This document shows positions 28,696 to 38,690 of a stretch of 64,000 nt of DNA, piece by piece. A program made the translations under genes and the position numbers. Location: positions 153,107 through 217,106 of the forward strand of contig CBDHFN010000002.1 of assembly GCA_965262605.1 (NCBI GenBank). The letters run 5' to 3'. Numbering within the stretch: position 1 is the stretch's first letter; the number at the start of each line of letters is the position of its first letter. The notes below the pieces were generated by a model that saw only the letters and a list, made by a program, of their open reading frames with translations, did no database searches and was not told the DNA's origin. The DNA is from Alphaproteobacteria bacterium. GTDB taxonomy: Bacteria; Pseudomonadota; Alphaproteobacteria; JASGCL01.

Positions 28696-29569
28696 GCCCA
28701 TCGCAATAGGCTAACACCGATTTTCGTAAGGCTTCAAGATGATAGCCACCTTCAAGCATAGTTATAATTGGCGTGTTTAATTTTGCTAAAATTTGCGCAA
28801 ATTTTCGGTAATCTTGGTCAGTTAAATTAATATTGGCAAGTGGGTCGTCTTTATGCGCATCAAACCCACCTGAAATTAAAATTAAATCGGCATTATAATC
28901 TTGAAGCTTTTCAATGCCAATTTGCCATTTTTGCCAAAATAACGCGCTTGAACAACCAGAAGGCAAAGGAATATTCATAATTTGCCCAAATTCGCCAACT
29001 TCGTTCGCATATCCCGTGCCCGGATATAACGGCATTTGATGCGATGAAATAAATAAAATATTTGGCTCATGATACAAGCAATCTTGCGTGCCATTGCCAT
29101 GATGCACATCAAAATCGCAAATTGCCACGCGCTTAAACCCTTTTGTTAAGGCATATTTGGCGCATATTGCAATATTTGAAAAAAAACAAAAACCCATCGC
29201 GCGATTAGATTCAGCATGATGCCCGGGTGGTCTTGACAAACAAAAAATCTTGGGAAACTTACCAATATTATCAACCGCGTCTAAACCGGCACCAACCGCG
29301 CGCAAGGCGGCATTTAAACTATATTGATTCATGATAGTATCGCTATCTAAAATTTTTAAGCCATTTTTCGGCGCAGAATTGAAAATATACCCGATATGTT
29401 GCGTGGTATGGCAAAGGGCTAATTCGGCTTTGGTCGCGATTCGCGGTTCGCGCCATTCATAATTTTTAGCCATTAAATCAGGTAATAAATTCCCAACACG
29501 CATCGGCGATTCGGGGTGCGATTCGCCCATTTCATGCGCCATAAAATCATCATGATAATATATTAACAT
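28685..29569 (-). CDS. Histone deacetylase-family hydrolase (acetoin utilisation AcuC / acetylpolyamine amidohydrolase-like)
   Basis: 294 aa with HDAC motifs (CDFDVHHGNGTQ, GGFDAHKDDPL, EGGY). Confidence 0.85.
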   Translation of the reverse strand: MLIYYHDDFMAHEMGESHPESPMRVGNLLPDLMAKNYEWREPRIATKAELALCHTTQHIGYIFNSAPKNGLKILDSDTIMNQYSLNAALRAVGAGLDAVDNIGKFPKIFCLSRPPGHHAESNRAMGFCFFSNIAICAKYALTKGFKRVAICDFDVHHGNGTQDCLYHEPNILFISSHQMPLYPGTGYANEVGEFGQIMNIPLPSGCSSALFWQKWQIGIEKLQDYNADLILISGGFDAHKDDPLANINLTDQDYRKFAQILAKLNTPIITMLEGGYHLEALRKSVLAYCDGLNL

Positions 29570-29616
29570 TGGTAAAATATAGCATTATTCCAAAGCAATG
29601 TAAACTATATTTGCTA

Positions 29617-30963
29617 TCACAAACCTTTTGAAGCTAAATATTGTTCCAGCCAATGATTATCATAAACGCCCGATATAAATTGCGGGTGGGTTAAAATTTC
29701 CTTGTGAAGCGGAATTAAAGTTTGCACGCCATCAATCACGAATTCTTTTAAAGCTCTTAATGAGCGACTAATCGCGATATTTCTGGTATCAGCATGGACG
29801 ACTAATTTCGCAATTAAACTATCATAAAATGGTGGAATCGCATATCCGCTATATACATGGCTATCAACCCGCACACCATAACCACCGGGGGTATGAAATA
29901 ATTTAATTAAACCCGGTGAAGGCTGAAAATTAACGGGGCTTTCGGCATTAATACGGCATTCAATCGCGTGTCCTTTAATTTTTATATGCGATTGTTCCAG
30001 TTTTAATTTTTCACCCGCGGCAACGCGCAATTGCAATTCCACTAAATTAAATCCCGTAATCATTTCGGTGATAGTATGTTCAACTTGCAATCTTGTATTC
30101 ATTTCAATGAAGTAAAATTCGCCATTTTCATATAAAAATTCCAATGTTCCCACGCCTTTATAACCCATTTTTTCCATGGCTTGCACGGAAGTTTGGCAAA
30201 TTTTCTGACGCAACTCGGCATTTAAAGCGGGCGATGGGCATTCTTCCACAATTTTTTGATGCCTGCGTTGCACCGAACAATCGCGTTCATAAAAATGCCA
30301 AGCGCGCCCATTACCATCACCTAAAATTTGAATTTCAATATGCCGTGGTTTTTGCAAGTATTTTTCCATATATACCCTGTCATCACCAAAAGCTGACAAG
30401 GCTTCATTACGGCAAATTTCAAAATTTTGTTCCAATTCATTATCATTTTGCGCGGTTTTCATGCCCCGTCCGCCCCCACCCGATGCGGCTTTCAGAATAA
30501 TGGGATAGCCAATTTCATTGGCAATTTTCTTCGCCATTGCCACCGATGATATATCGCCCTTAAACCCCGGTATAGTCGGCAAACCTAATTTTTCTGCGGT
30601 AATTTTGGCTTGAATCTTATCGCCCATCAAGCTTATATGTTCTGGTGATGGTCCAATGAAGCTGATGCCCATTTCTTCGCATTTTTCGGCAAAATTCGCA
30701 TTTTCTGACAAGAAACCAATGCCCGGATGAATCGCATCAACCCCTGTGATATGCGCCGCCGACAAAATCGCGGGTATATTAAGATATGAATTTTTTGCCG
30801 CGGGCGGTCCAATACAAATGGAATGTTCCGCCAAACGAACAGGTTTTGAATTTGCATCCGCGGTGGAATGCACTAAAACCGTTTCAATGCCCATTTCATT
30901 AAAAGTTCGCTGTAATCTAAGAGCAATTTCCCCGCGATTCGCAATAAGTATTTTCTTAAACAT
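29617..30963 (-). CDS. accC: Acetyl-CoA carboxylase biotin carboxylase subunit
   Basis: 448 aa with an ATP-grasp biotin carboxylase sequence (KILIANRGEIALR..., EMNTRLQVEH). Confidence 0.95.
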   Translation of the reverse strand: MFKKILIANRGEIALRLQRTFNEMGIETVLVHSTADANSKPVRLAEHSICIGPPAAKNSYLNIPAILSAAHITGVDAIHPGIGFLSENANFAEKCEEMGISFIGPSPEHISLMGDKIQAKITAEKLGLPTIPGFKGDISSVAMAKKIANEIGYPIILKAASGGGGRGMKTAQNDNELEQNFEICRNEALSAFGDDRVYMEKYLQKPRHIEIQILGDGNGRAWHFYERDCSVQRRHQKIVEECPSPALNAELRQKICQTSVQAMEKMGYKGVGTLEFLYENGEFYFIEMNTRLQVEHTITEMITGFNLVELQLRVAAGEKLKLEQSHIKIKGHAIECRINAESPVNFQPSPGLIKLFHTPGGYGVRVDSHVYSGYAIPPFYDSLIAKLVVHADTRNIAISRSLRALKEFVIDGVQTLIPLHKEILTHPQFISGVYDNHWLEQYLASKGL

Positions 30964-30970
30964 GCTAAGC

Positions 30971-31456
30971 CTATTTAATCATCACAAGGGGCTGACCAAA
31001 TTCCACGGGGTCTTCATTTTCAACTAAAATACCCGCAATAATACCTGCATTTGGTGCAATGATGGGATTCATAACTTTCATTGCTTCAACAATCATTAAA
31101 ATTTGTCCTTCAATTACGGAATCACCTAATTTAACATAATTTGGTTCACCGGGTTTTGCGCTTAAATATGCTGTGCCCACAACGGGCGATAATACGGGCT
31201 TTCCTTCATTAATTGGCGCAGAAACAACAGCTTCACTGGCGGGTGGCGCAATTGTTGTCGGTGCTTGCGGTGCGTTCATCATCGTTTGTTGCGGCATTTG
31301 ATATAAAACATTTCCTTGCGAAGCTAATTCGCGTTTTAATTCAATTTCGCAATCATTTTGCTTAATGGAAATTTTTGTCAATCCCCGCGATTCCATAATT
31401 TGCGCTAATCGGTTAATGAATTTATCATCAATTTTTTCAATTATTTTATCTGCCAT
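30971..31456 (-). CDS. accB: Acetyl-CoA carboxylase biotin carboxyl carrier protein
   Basis: 161 aa with the biotinyl-Lys motif EAMKVMN and an Ala/Pro-rich linker. Confidence 0.9.
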   Translation of the reverse strand: MADKIIEKIDDKFINRLAQIMESRGLTKISIKQNDCEIELKRELASQGNVLYQMPQQTMMNAPQAPTTIAPPASEAVVSAPINEGKPVLSPVVGTAYLSAKPGEPNYVKLGDSVIEGQILMIVEAMKVMNPIIAPNAGIIAGILVENEDPVEFGQPLVMIK

Positions 31457-31482
31457 GAATCCTCACTTTGTTGATTATTTTG

Positions 31483-31920
31483 TCATTTATTATTATCAAT
31501 TAAATAATTTAAGGCATATTCATACCCCGAACTACCCATACCTGCGATAACCGCTTGCGCAATTGATGAAATAAAAGAATGATGACGAAACTCTTCGCGT
31601 TTATGAATATTGCTAAGATGCACTTCAATAATGGGGCATTTCAAAATACTAAGCGCATCACGAATCGCGATTGAAGTATGGGTATAAGCCCCAGGATTAA
31701 TAACGACTCCATCAATTTTATCACGAAAAATCTGATGAATAAAATCAACAATTGCCCCTTCGGAATTGGCTTGAAAATCAGTAATTTGGCAATTTTTGCT
31801 TTTGGCGATTAAGCTTAAAGATGCGATAATATCGCCAAGTGTTTGCGCCCCATAAATCTCTGGTTCGCGCAAACCCAACATATTCAGATTGGGTCCATTA
31901 ATTATCGCATAATTTTTCAT
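31483..31920 (-). CDS. aroQ: 3-dehydroquinate dehydratase type II
   Basis: 145 aa with type II DHQase sequence (INGPNLNMLGLREPEIYG...HLSNIHKREEFRHHS). Confidence 0.9.
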   Translation of the reverse strand: MKNYAIINGPNLNMLGLREPEIYGAQTLGDIIASLSLIAKSKNCQITDFQANSEGAIVDFIHQIFRDKIDGVVINPGAYTHTSIAIRDALSILKCPIIEVHLSNIHKREEFRHHSFISSIAQAVIAGMGSSGYEYALNYLIDNNK

Positions 31921-31960
31921 AATTCTTTATTATGATATTTTAAACTATATGTCAATATTT

Positions 31961-32005
31961 AAACAAAAAAACAGGGAGGAATCTCCCCCCTGTTTAATTT
32001 TTTTT
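31961..32005 (-). terminator. Rho-independent terminator (hairpin flanked by A/T runs on both sides) downstream of dctP
   Basis: The sequence aaacaaaaaaACAGGGAGGAatcTCCCCCCTGTttaatttttttt forms a 10-bp stem with one mismatch and has a T-run on each strand. Confidence 0.6.
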
Positions 32006-32014
32006 GCAAAAAAA

Positions 32015-33124
32015 TTATAATTTTGTGCTAGTGACATAATCATCATAATTGGCTTCGGCAACGCTAAACCATTGAAAAGTATCTTGACGGAATCGCTTCC
32101 ATGGTTCAAAAATTTTCTTAAATTCAGGATTTTTTGATGCCTCATCATGCAAGAAATCAGCGCATGATTTAAAGCACGCGTCCATAATTGGTTTGGAAAA
32201 TGCCCGCAATTGCACGCCATTTTGCAATAATTTACCCAAAGCCGCGGGATTTTTTGCATCATATTTTGCCAACATGTTAATGTTCGCTTCGGCGCAACAT
32301 GCTTCCAACGCCGCGCGATATTCGCTGGGCAATTTCGCCAATTCTTTCGCATTAACATAAAATGCCAAGTTTGGACCACCTTCCCACCATCCGGGATAAT
32401 AATAAAATTTCGCGACTTTGTAAAATCCTAATTTTTCATCATCATATGGTCCAACCCATTCTGCGCCATCAATCGTGCCTTTTTCAAGCGCAGGATAAAT
32501 ATCGCCACCCGCGATTTGCTGGGGAACTACACCCAAGGGGGCTAAGACTTTGCCACCCGTGCCACCAATGCGGAATTTTAAACCTTTAAGGTCGGATAAT
32601 TCTTTGATTTCTTTTTTGAACCAACCGCCCATTTGCACGCCCGTATTGCCACCAGCAAATGTAACAATATTATAAGCCGAATAAAATTCGTTTAATAATT
32701 CGCGTCCGCCGCCATGGTAATACCACGCATTTTGTTGCCGTGCATTTAAACCAAAAGGAATCGCGCAATCAAAGGCAAAGGCAGTTTGCTTGCCAAAGAA
32801 ATAATATGGTGCTGTATGCCCCATTTCCACGGTGCCATCTTTTACTGCGTCCATGACTTGTAAAGCTGGCACGATTTCACCACCCGCATAGGCTTTAACT
32901 TCAAATTTACCGCCAGTTATTTCGGCTAATCTTTTGGAAAAATCATCGGCTGCGCCATAAATTGTGTCTAATGATTTGGGGAAGCTTGAGGCTAAACGCC
33001 ATTTAATCGTTGGTTGTGTTTGCGCAATTGCGGGGGCAGCTAATGATGCAACTGCACCACCAGCTATTAATCCTGCGCCTGCTTTGGCAATAAAATTACG
33101 CCTGTTTTTCATTGTTGTTTCCAT
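32015..33124 (-). CDS. dctP: TRAP transporter substrate-binding subunit DctP (Tat-like signal)
   Basis: 369 aa with the DctP family fold sequence and N-terminal RRNFIAKAGAGLIAGGAVASLAAPAIA. Confidence 0.9.
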   Translation of the reverse strand: METTMKNRRNFIAKAGAGLIAGGAVASLAAPAIAQTQPTIKWRLASSFPKSLDTIYGAADDFSKRLAEITGGKFEVKAYAGGEIVPALQVMDAVKDGTVEMGHTAPYYFFGKQTAFAFDCAIPFGLNARQQNAWYYHGGGRELLNEFYSAYNIVTFAGGNTGVQMGGWFKKEIKELSDLKGLKFRIGGTGGKVLAPLGVVPQQIAGGDIYPALEKGTIDGAEWVGPYDDEKLGFYKVAKFYYYPGWWEGGPNLAFYVNAKELAKLPSEYRAALEACCAEANINMLAKYDAKNPAALGKLLQNGVQLRAFSKPIMDACFKSCADFLHDEASKNPEFKKIFEPWKRFRQDTFQWFSVAEANYDDYVTSTKL

Positions 33125-33136
33125 AATATTCCTCCT

Positions 33137-34888
33137 TTATGGTTTTTTGGGCTCATCCGTTGAAAAAGTAAATTTATTCGGATCTACTTGTTTCGGCGAA
33201 TCAGCGTCTGTTGAAAATTTTAAATTATTTGGGTCTATGGTTTTACTTGTGCCATCATCATTGCTTGTTGCTGGTTGCAAGTTTAATTCCAATGGTTTAT
33301 CCTCTTGCACAATTTTCTTCTCTACTTGCACAATATTCGGGAATGCAATTATTAATCCCACCATGATTACTTGAATTACCACAAAAGGAATCGCGCCCCA
33401 ATAAATTTCCGAAGTTTTAACAGGTGGCATTAGTTTCTTGGTCACGCTGTCAATATATTCCGTTTTTGCCGCAACTGATCGCAAATAAAATAACGCAAAA
33501 CCAAATGGTGGGTGCATAAATGAAGTCTGCATATTAACCCCCAAAAGCACGCCAAACCATATTAAATCAATACCTAATTTTTCGGCGACTGGACCAACCA
33601 AAGGCACAAGAATAAAGGCTAATTCAAAGAAATCCAAGAAAAATGCCAACACAAAAAACAAGATATTAACCGCGATTAAAAAACCTAATTGTCCACCGGG
33701 CAATGAAGTTAACAAATGTTCAACCCATACATCGCCACCGACACCACGAAATACCAAGGCAAACACCGTAGAGCCAATTAAAATAAACAACACAAAAGAC
33801 GATAATTTAGCTGTTGATTGTGAAGCTTGACGCACAAGCGACCAATTTAATTTGCCTTTAAATATCGCGATAATCATTGCGCCAGCTGCACCCATTGCGC
33901 CCCCTTCCGTTGGAGTTGCAACCCCTAAAAAAATTGTGCCTAACACCAAGAAAATCAGTAATAAAGGGGGAATTAACACAAAAATTACTTTTTCGCAAAT
34001 ATTAGATAAAAACTTAAAGCCCAATAATTTATTGGCGGTTGCCAAAACCCATGAAACAGCCATACCCGCTAACATGGCAATGACAATTCTTTCGTCCAAA
34101 GGCGAATCAGGTTTCGCCAAAACATCATTGGCAAAAACATATCCAGCACCGACTGATAAAGCCACCACCACTGCCAGAGATGGCAAGCCTGATTTGCCAT
34201 TCGCTTCTTGAATCGTGCGCGCATCAATCGGTAATGCTGGCACTGATTTAGGGTAAAAAATTGATAAAATTAAAATATATAAGACATATAAGCCCGTTAA
34301 AATAAAGCCCGGTATAAATGCGCCCTTATACATATCACCAACCGAACGCCCCAATTGATCCGCCATAATAATTAAAACAAGCGATGGCGGAATAATTTGC
34401 GCCAAAGTTCCAGATGCCGCAATAACACCACTCGCAACGCGTCTGTCATAGCCATATCGCAACATAATTGGCAAGGAAATTAAACCCATTGAAATAACCG
34501 AAGCCGCCACCACACCAGTGGTTGCCGCCAATAAGGCGCCTACAAAAATCACGGCATATGCAACGCCACCGCGTACGGGACCAAATAACTGCCCGACCGT
34601 GTCAAGCAAATCCTCCGCCATGCCAGTTCGTTCCAAAATCAAACCCATAAAAGTAAAAAATGGAATCGCCAGCAAAGTATCATTGCTCATAATCCCAAAA
34701 ATACGATTCGGCAAGGCTTGCAAAAATGTGGCTTGAAATAAGCCAACTTCAATACCAATAAAACCAAAAAACAAGCCAACCGCCGCTAAACTAAATGCAA
34801 CTGGATAACCACTTAACAAGAAAACAATTAAAGCTGCGAACATAATTGGCGCAGTATTATTGATAAAGAAATGTGATAATAAATCCAT
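33137..34888 (-). CDS. dctM: TRAP transporter large permease DctM with a C-terminal tail of about 120 aa
   Basis: 583 aa. The DctM 12-TM core is followed by a hydrophilic tail containing the repeated motif DPNNLKFSTDADSP / DPNKFTFSTDEPKK. Confidence 0.9.
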   Translation of the reverse strand: MDLLSHFFINNTAPIMFAALIVFLLSGYPVAFSLAAVGLFFGFIGIEVGLFQATFLQALPNRIFGIMSNDTLLAIPFFTFMGLILERTGMAEDLLDTVGQLFGPVRGGVAYAVIFVGALLAATTGVVAASVISMGLISLPIMLRYGYDRRVASGVIAASGTLAQIIPPSLVLIIMADQLGRSVGDMYKGAFIPGFILTGLYVLYILILSIFYPKSVPALPIDARTIQEANGKSGLPSLAVVVALSVGAGYVFANDVLAKPDSPLDERIVIAMLAGMAVSWVLATANKLLGFKFLSNICEKVIFVLIPPLLLIFLVLGTIFLGVATPTEGGAMGAAGAMIIAIFKGKLNWSLVRQASQSTAKLSSFVLFILIGSTVFALVFRGVGGDVWVEHLLTSLPGGQLGFLIAVNILFFVLAFFLDFFELAFILVPLVGPVAEKLGIDLIWFGVLLGVNMQTSFMHPPFGFALFYLRSVAAKTEYIDSVTKKLMPPVKTSEIYWGAIPFVVIQVIMVGLIIAFPNIVQVEKKIVQEDKPLELNLQPATSNDDGTSKTIDPNNLKFSTDADSPKQVDPNKFTFSTDEPKKP

Positions 34889-34897
34889 TTTTGCCCC

Positions 34898-35497
34898 TTA
34901 ATTCGCAGTTAATTTATTTGCTTGTTTGTATGATTCAACTTCGGCTTCAATTTCTTCAACATCATGCGAAGATTTGATGAATGCCTTGTAATCTACAACA
35001 CCTTTTAAGATGCCAATTCGTTTAATAGTTTCGGAAACAACCTGAATTTGCAACATTAAAAAACCTAATGGAATCAATAATTTAGCTGGCCAGATAATCA
35101 AGCCGCCACTATTCGTGGAAACTTCCATGGTTTTTATGGAATAAATCGCAAATGGCGTAGATTCAATCAAAAGCAATATACATAATGGCGACAGAAAAAA
35201 TATACCGCCCAAAATATCAATCCACGCATGCACGCGATAAGAAAAATGGCTGGTTAATACATCAATACGGATATGGTCGTTGCGCTTTAACGCCCAACTT
35301 GCGCCCAACAAGAAAGTTGCCGCGAATAAATACCATTGCAATTCTAAATAAGCATTGGAGCTGTATGAAAAAATATACCGAATGGTTGCGTTAATTGAAC
35401 TTACCAATATTGACGCAAAAATCAACCAACTGACTAATTCGCCAATTTTTTCGTTAAATTTATCAATAATTTCTGAAATTTTAAGCAATTTATCCAT
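34898..35497 (-). CDS. dctQ: TRAP transporter small permease DctQ
   Basis: 199 aa with 4 TM helices. It lies immediately upstream of dctM. Confidence 0.8.
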   Translation of the reverse strand: MDKLLKISEIIDKFNEKIGELVSWLIFASILVSSINATIRYIFSYSSNAYLELQWYLFAATFLLGASWALKRNDHIRIDVLTSHFSYRVHAWIDILGGIFFLSPLCILLLIESTPFAIYSIKTMEVSTNSGGLIIWPAKLLIPLGFLMLQIQVVSETIKRIGILKGVVDYKAFIKSSHDVEEIEAEVESYKQANKLTAN

Positions 35498-35623
35498 TAA
35501 ATCCCCCTTATACTAATGAATTTAATTTATATTTATATTTAAGTCAACATTTATTTTGCGTATACCCTGATTTGCCATTTGTTGAAAATCTATCATAGAA
35601 GCAGGGTGTAATTAGAGTTTAGT

Positions 35624-37423
35624 TTATTCCTTAGGATTGGTGCTATTGTAATAATTATCATTTTCTTTATCCAGCGCGTAAAGATATTTTTTTTGCGAAT
35701 CATCGGCAATTTGTCCGAATTCTTGAATTTTTTGTTGATTTTCTTGGACAAGCTGCGCGTGCATTTCAAGCTGCATTAATTCATCAAGAATTAATGCCAT
35801 TTGGTTATCGTCATTTTGCCAAATTTCTGGGTGCATGATGCGCAATTGGGCGTTAAAAATTTTTTGCCATAATTCATCGGCATTTTGGGCAACAAACCAT
35901 TGCTGGCATATTGTCCAATCCCATTCTTGATGATTTTGGCTAAATTCGTAAATTTTATGGCTAAATTCATGAAAATCTTTGGAAAATTGCCAATTTTTTG
36001 CCATAATATTTTCGTAAAATTCGCGTTTACATGCCATATATGCGACAATGGCTTGGGCGCGATTGCCAACAATATTCGTGGGTTTTTGCGATGAAATTTC
36101 CTGTATTGCTTTGCTTCCAAGCCGATTTTGCCAATTAAGTTGATTAAATTCGCGAATATATTCTTTGCGTAATGACGCATGATGAATATTTTGCAAAATT
36201 TTTAACCCCTCATCATTAAATCCCGCGCGCCCTTGGGGCGATTTTAAATCATAATTTTGTTGCAATTCATGATAAAAATACTGAAAACCGCTGGTTGCAT
36301 TGCTGATTAATTCTTGCCATTTGGACAAACCATGCTTCATAATGAATGAATCAGGGTCATCACCATTCGGAATTTTAACCACAGAAATTTGTTTTTGCGG
36401 CGTAAATTGCGCCATTGCCAATAAAATCGTGCGCATCGTGGCTTTTTGTCCCGCTTTATCGCCGTCAAGGGCTAAAATAATATTATCTTGATATTTCCAT
36501 AATTGCGTGATTTGTGATTCGGTGATTGCCGTGCCAAGCGGTGCAACGGCGGTGCTAAACCCCTGTGCGGCAAGGGCTATAACATCCATATATCCCTCAA
36601 CCACGCATAAAAAAGGGTGCGATTTAAGATTTTGGCGCATGCGGTGCACATTATATAAATTATCGCTTTTATGAAAAATATTGGAATCTTTGGAATTTAT
36701 ATATTTGCCCGTATTATCTTGGTCATGGTTACCCATATATCGCCCGCCAAAAGCAATGACTTGCCCCATTTTATCGTGAATCGGAAACATGATGCGGTTG
36801 CGCCAAAACGGAAAAATCTTGCTTTGATTTTCAAATTTATTCGCAAGCCCAATATTTATTAAAATTTCAGCTTGAATATCATGATTTTTTTGCAAAAAAT
36901 GTAAATATTCCTCGCCATCATATCCGCAATAACCCAAGCCAAATTCGGCAATATTATCTTGATTTAACCCCCTGCCCCGCAAATAATCAAGCGCGGGTTT
37001 GCCATTTTGCGTATAAAGATTTTTGATAAAAAATTCATTGGTTAATTTCAAAACTTGCTTAACAATGGCGGATTCATCTTTGGCTTTCAAATATTCTTCG
37101 CGATTTTTTGGTTGATATTCAGGCAAGCTTATACCAGCTAAATCGGCGCAATATTTTAAGGCTTCACGAAAATCTAGCCTTTGCCTATCCATTACCCATT
37201 GCAAAGCCCCACCATTGGCACCGCAACCAAAGCAATGATAAAAACCCTTAGTCTCAACGACATGAAAACTGGGCGTTTTTTCGTTATGAAACGGGCATAA
37301 ACCAATAAATTCCAAACCGCGCTTCGTCAATTTGACATGCTGCCCGATTAAATCGCGCAATGAAATTCGCTCTTGAATTTGATCTATTATTACTTGGGTT
37401 GTGCTCATAATTATATTATACAA
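35624..37423 (-). CDS. dnaG: DNA primase
   Basis: 599 aa with a zinc-binding domain (CPFHNEKTPSFHV...CFGCG) and a TOPRIM domain (EGYMDVIAL...LDGDKAGQKA). Confidence 0.9.
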   Translation of the reverse strand: MYNIIMSTTQVIIDQIQERISLRDLIGQHVKLTKRGLEFIGLCPFHNEKTPSFHVVETKGFYHCFGCGANGGALQWVMDRQRLDFREALKYCADLAGISLPEYQPKNREEYLKAKDESAIVKQVLKLTNEFFIKNLYTQNGKPALDYLRGRGLNQDNIAEFGLGYCGYDGEEYLHFLQKNHDIQAEILINIGLANKFENQSKIFPFWRNRIMFPIHDKMGQVIAFGGRYMGNHDQDNTGKYINSKDSNIFHKSDNLYNVHRMRQNLKSHPFLCVVEGYMDVIALAAQGFSTAVAPLGTAITESQITQLWKYQDNIILALDGDKAGQKATMRTILLAMAQFTPQKQISVVKIPNGDDPDSFIMKHGLSKWQELISNATSGFQYFYHELQQNYDLKSPQGRAGFNDEGLKILQNIHHASLRKEYIREFNQLNWQNRLGSKAIQEISSQKPTNIVGNRAQAIVAYMACKREFYENIMAKNWQFSKDFHEFSHKIYEFSQNHQEWDWTICQQWFVAQNADELWQKIFNAQLRIMHPEIWQNDDNQMALILDELMQLEMHAQLVQENQQKIQEFGQIADDSQKKYLYALDKENDNYYNSTNPKE

Positions 37424-37497
37424 ATATAAACTTATTTTGCAATTAATAAATGCCCAATTTGTTCGGGTGAAAAGTTTAAGTTAGTTTTTTGTATATC

Positions 37498-37749
37498 TTA
37501 ATACTGATTTATATCCGTTGGGTTGGATTTATGATTGACAAAGAAATAACGCAAAATATAAGTCGCAATGACCGCAATTATCGCAAAAATAATGCCGTCA
37601 ATAATAAAGCCACCATCACCAAAAATAAAATGTCCCAAAGCTAAAACACCTGCGGAAATGCTTAAACCCAAGAAAATAAAAGTGCCCGTGATTAATTCAA
37701 TGATTAATAAACCCACCGCGATACACGCATAAATTAACGCAAGCGACAT
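37498..37749 (-). CDS. NfeD-like small membrane protein (partner of the SPFH protein)
   Basis: 83 aa with two TM helices plus a short C-terminal tail. It lies directly downstream of the SPFH gene. Confidence 0.55.
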   Translation of the reverse strand: MSLALIYACIAVGLLIIELITGTFIFLGLSISAGVLALGHFIFGDGGFIIDGIIFAIIAVIATYILRYFFVNHKSNPTDINQY

Positions 37750-37752
37750 TTT

Positions 37753-38628
37753 TTACTGCTTTTTAGCAAAGACGCTGACTAATGCTTTGACGCTGTCTAA
37801 AACATCAGTTGGCATTATAACGATTTTAGATGCGGCACTTTCGCCCAATTTTTTTACGGCTTCGGCTTGAATTTTGCGCATTTCAAAGTTAATCGCGCCT
37901 TCGCCACCCTCGCTGATTGCCTTGGATACCGCGGTTACCGCATATGCTTCGGCATCGGCAAGCAATTTTTTCGCTTCGGCAAGTTTTTGGGCGGAGTATA
38001 ATTCGGCTTCAGCAATTAATTGCATGGATTGTTTTTTGCCTTCGGCTTCGCGCACCAAAGCACGCCGATTGCGTTCGGCGTTAAGCTGTAATTGCATGGC
38101 GGATTTTGTTTCGGCATCAACTTCAACATCTAAAATTTCCACGCGGGTAAGCACAATTCCCCATTCTTCGGATACGGCGGCTAATTCGCGCTCAATTTCA
38201 TCGGATATATTGCGCCGATTAGATTGCACGCCGTCTAAATCAGTGCGCCCAATAACATTGCGCACCGTGCCTGTCACCGTGGTGATGATGGCTTGTTGCA
38301 AATTGCGCACGCGATAAAAAGTTTTGTCAGATTCCACAATGCGATAAAGAATCGCTAAATCCAAATAAATTGTGACATTATCCAAGGTAATGCAAGGAAT
38401 TTTTGTGCTGGGCAATTGGCGTTCTAAAACATCAATTTTTGCGCTGACTAATTCAATAAAAGGCACAATAATATGCAGACCAGCTTCGCATTTGCGCACA
38501 TATTTTCCCAATCGTTCAATTAAGTAATTTTGCGATTGCGGCACGATGACTATTGTCATTTTTAAAAATACTAAGGCTAAGACAATAACCAAGCCAATAA
38601 ATATATATGATAATGAAAAATCAACCAT
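37753..38628 (-). CDS. SPFH/band-7 (stomatin/HflC-like) membrane protein
   Basis: 291 aa with an N-terminal TM helix and an SPFH domain (LHIIVPFIE...), then a coiled-coil C-terminus (AEAYAVTAVSKAISEG). Confidence 0.85.
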   Translation of the reverse strand: MVDFSLSYIFIGLVIVLALVFLKMTIVIVPQSQNYLIERLGKYVRKCEAGLHIIVPFIELVSAKIDVLERQLPSTKIPCITLDNVTIYLDLAILYRIVESDKTFYRVRNLQQAIITTVTGTVRNVIGRTDLDGVQSNRRNISDEIERELAAVSEEWGIVLTRVEILDVEVDAETKSAMQLQLNAERNRRALVREAEGKKQSMQLIAEAELYSAQKLAEAKKLLADAEAYAVTAVSKAISEGGEGAINFEMRKIQAEAVKKLGESAASKIVIMPTDVLDSVKALVSVFAKKQ

Positions 38629-38690
38629 AACTCTCTCCTATGTAGTTTGAATATACCACAAGATTACAAAAATTCAAGCAAAATCTTAAA

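Noticed and set aside
35498-35623. Inverted repeat TACCCTG...CAGGGTG downstream of dnaG as a terminator
   Set aside because: It has only a 6-7 bp stem with a roughly 35-nt loop and no adjacent T-run. It is too weak to call.
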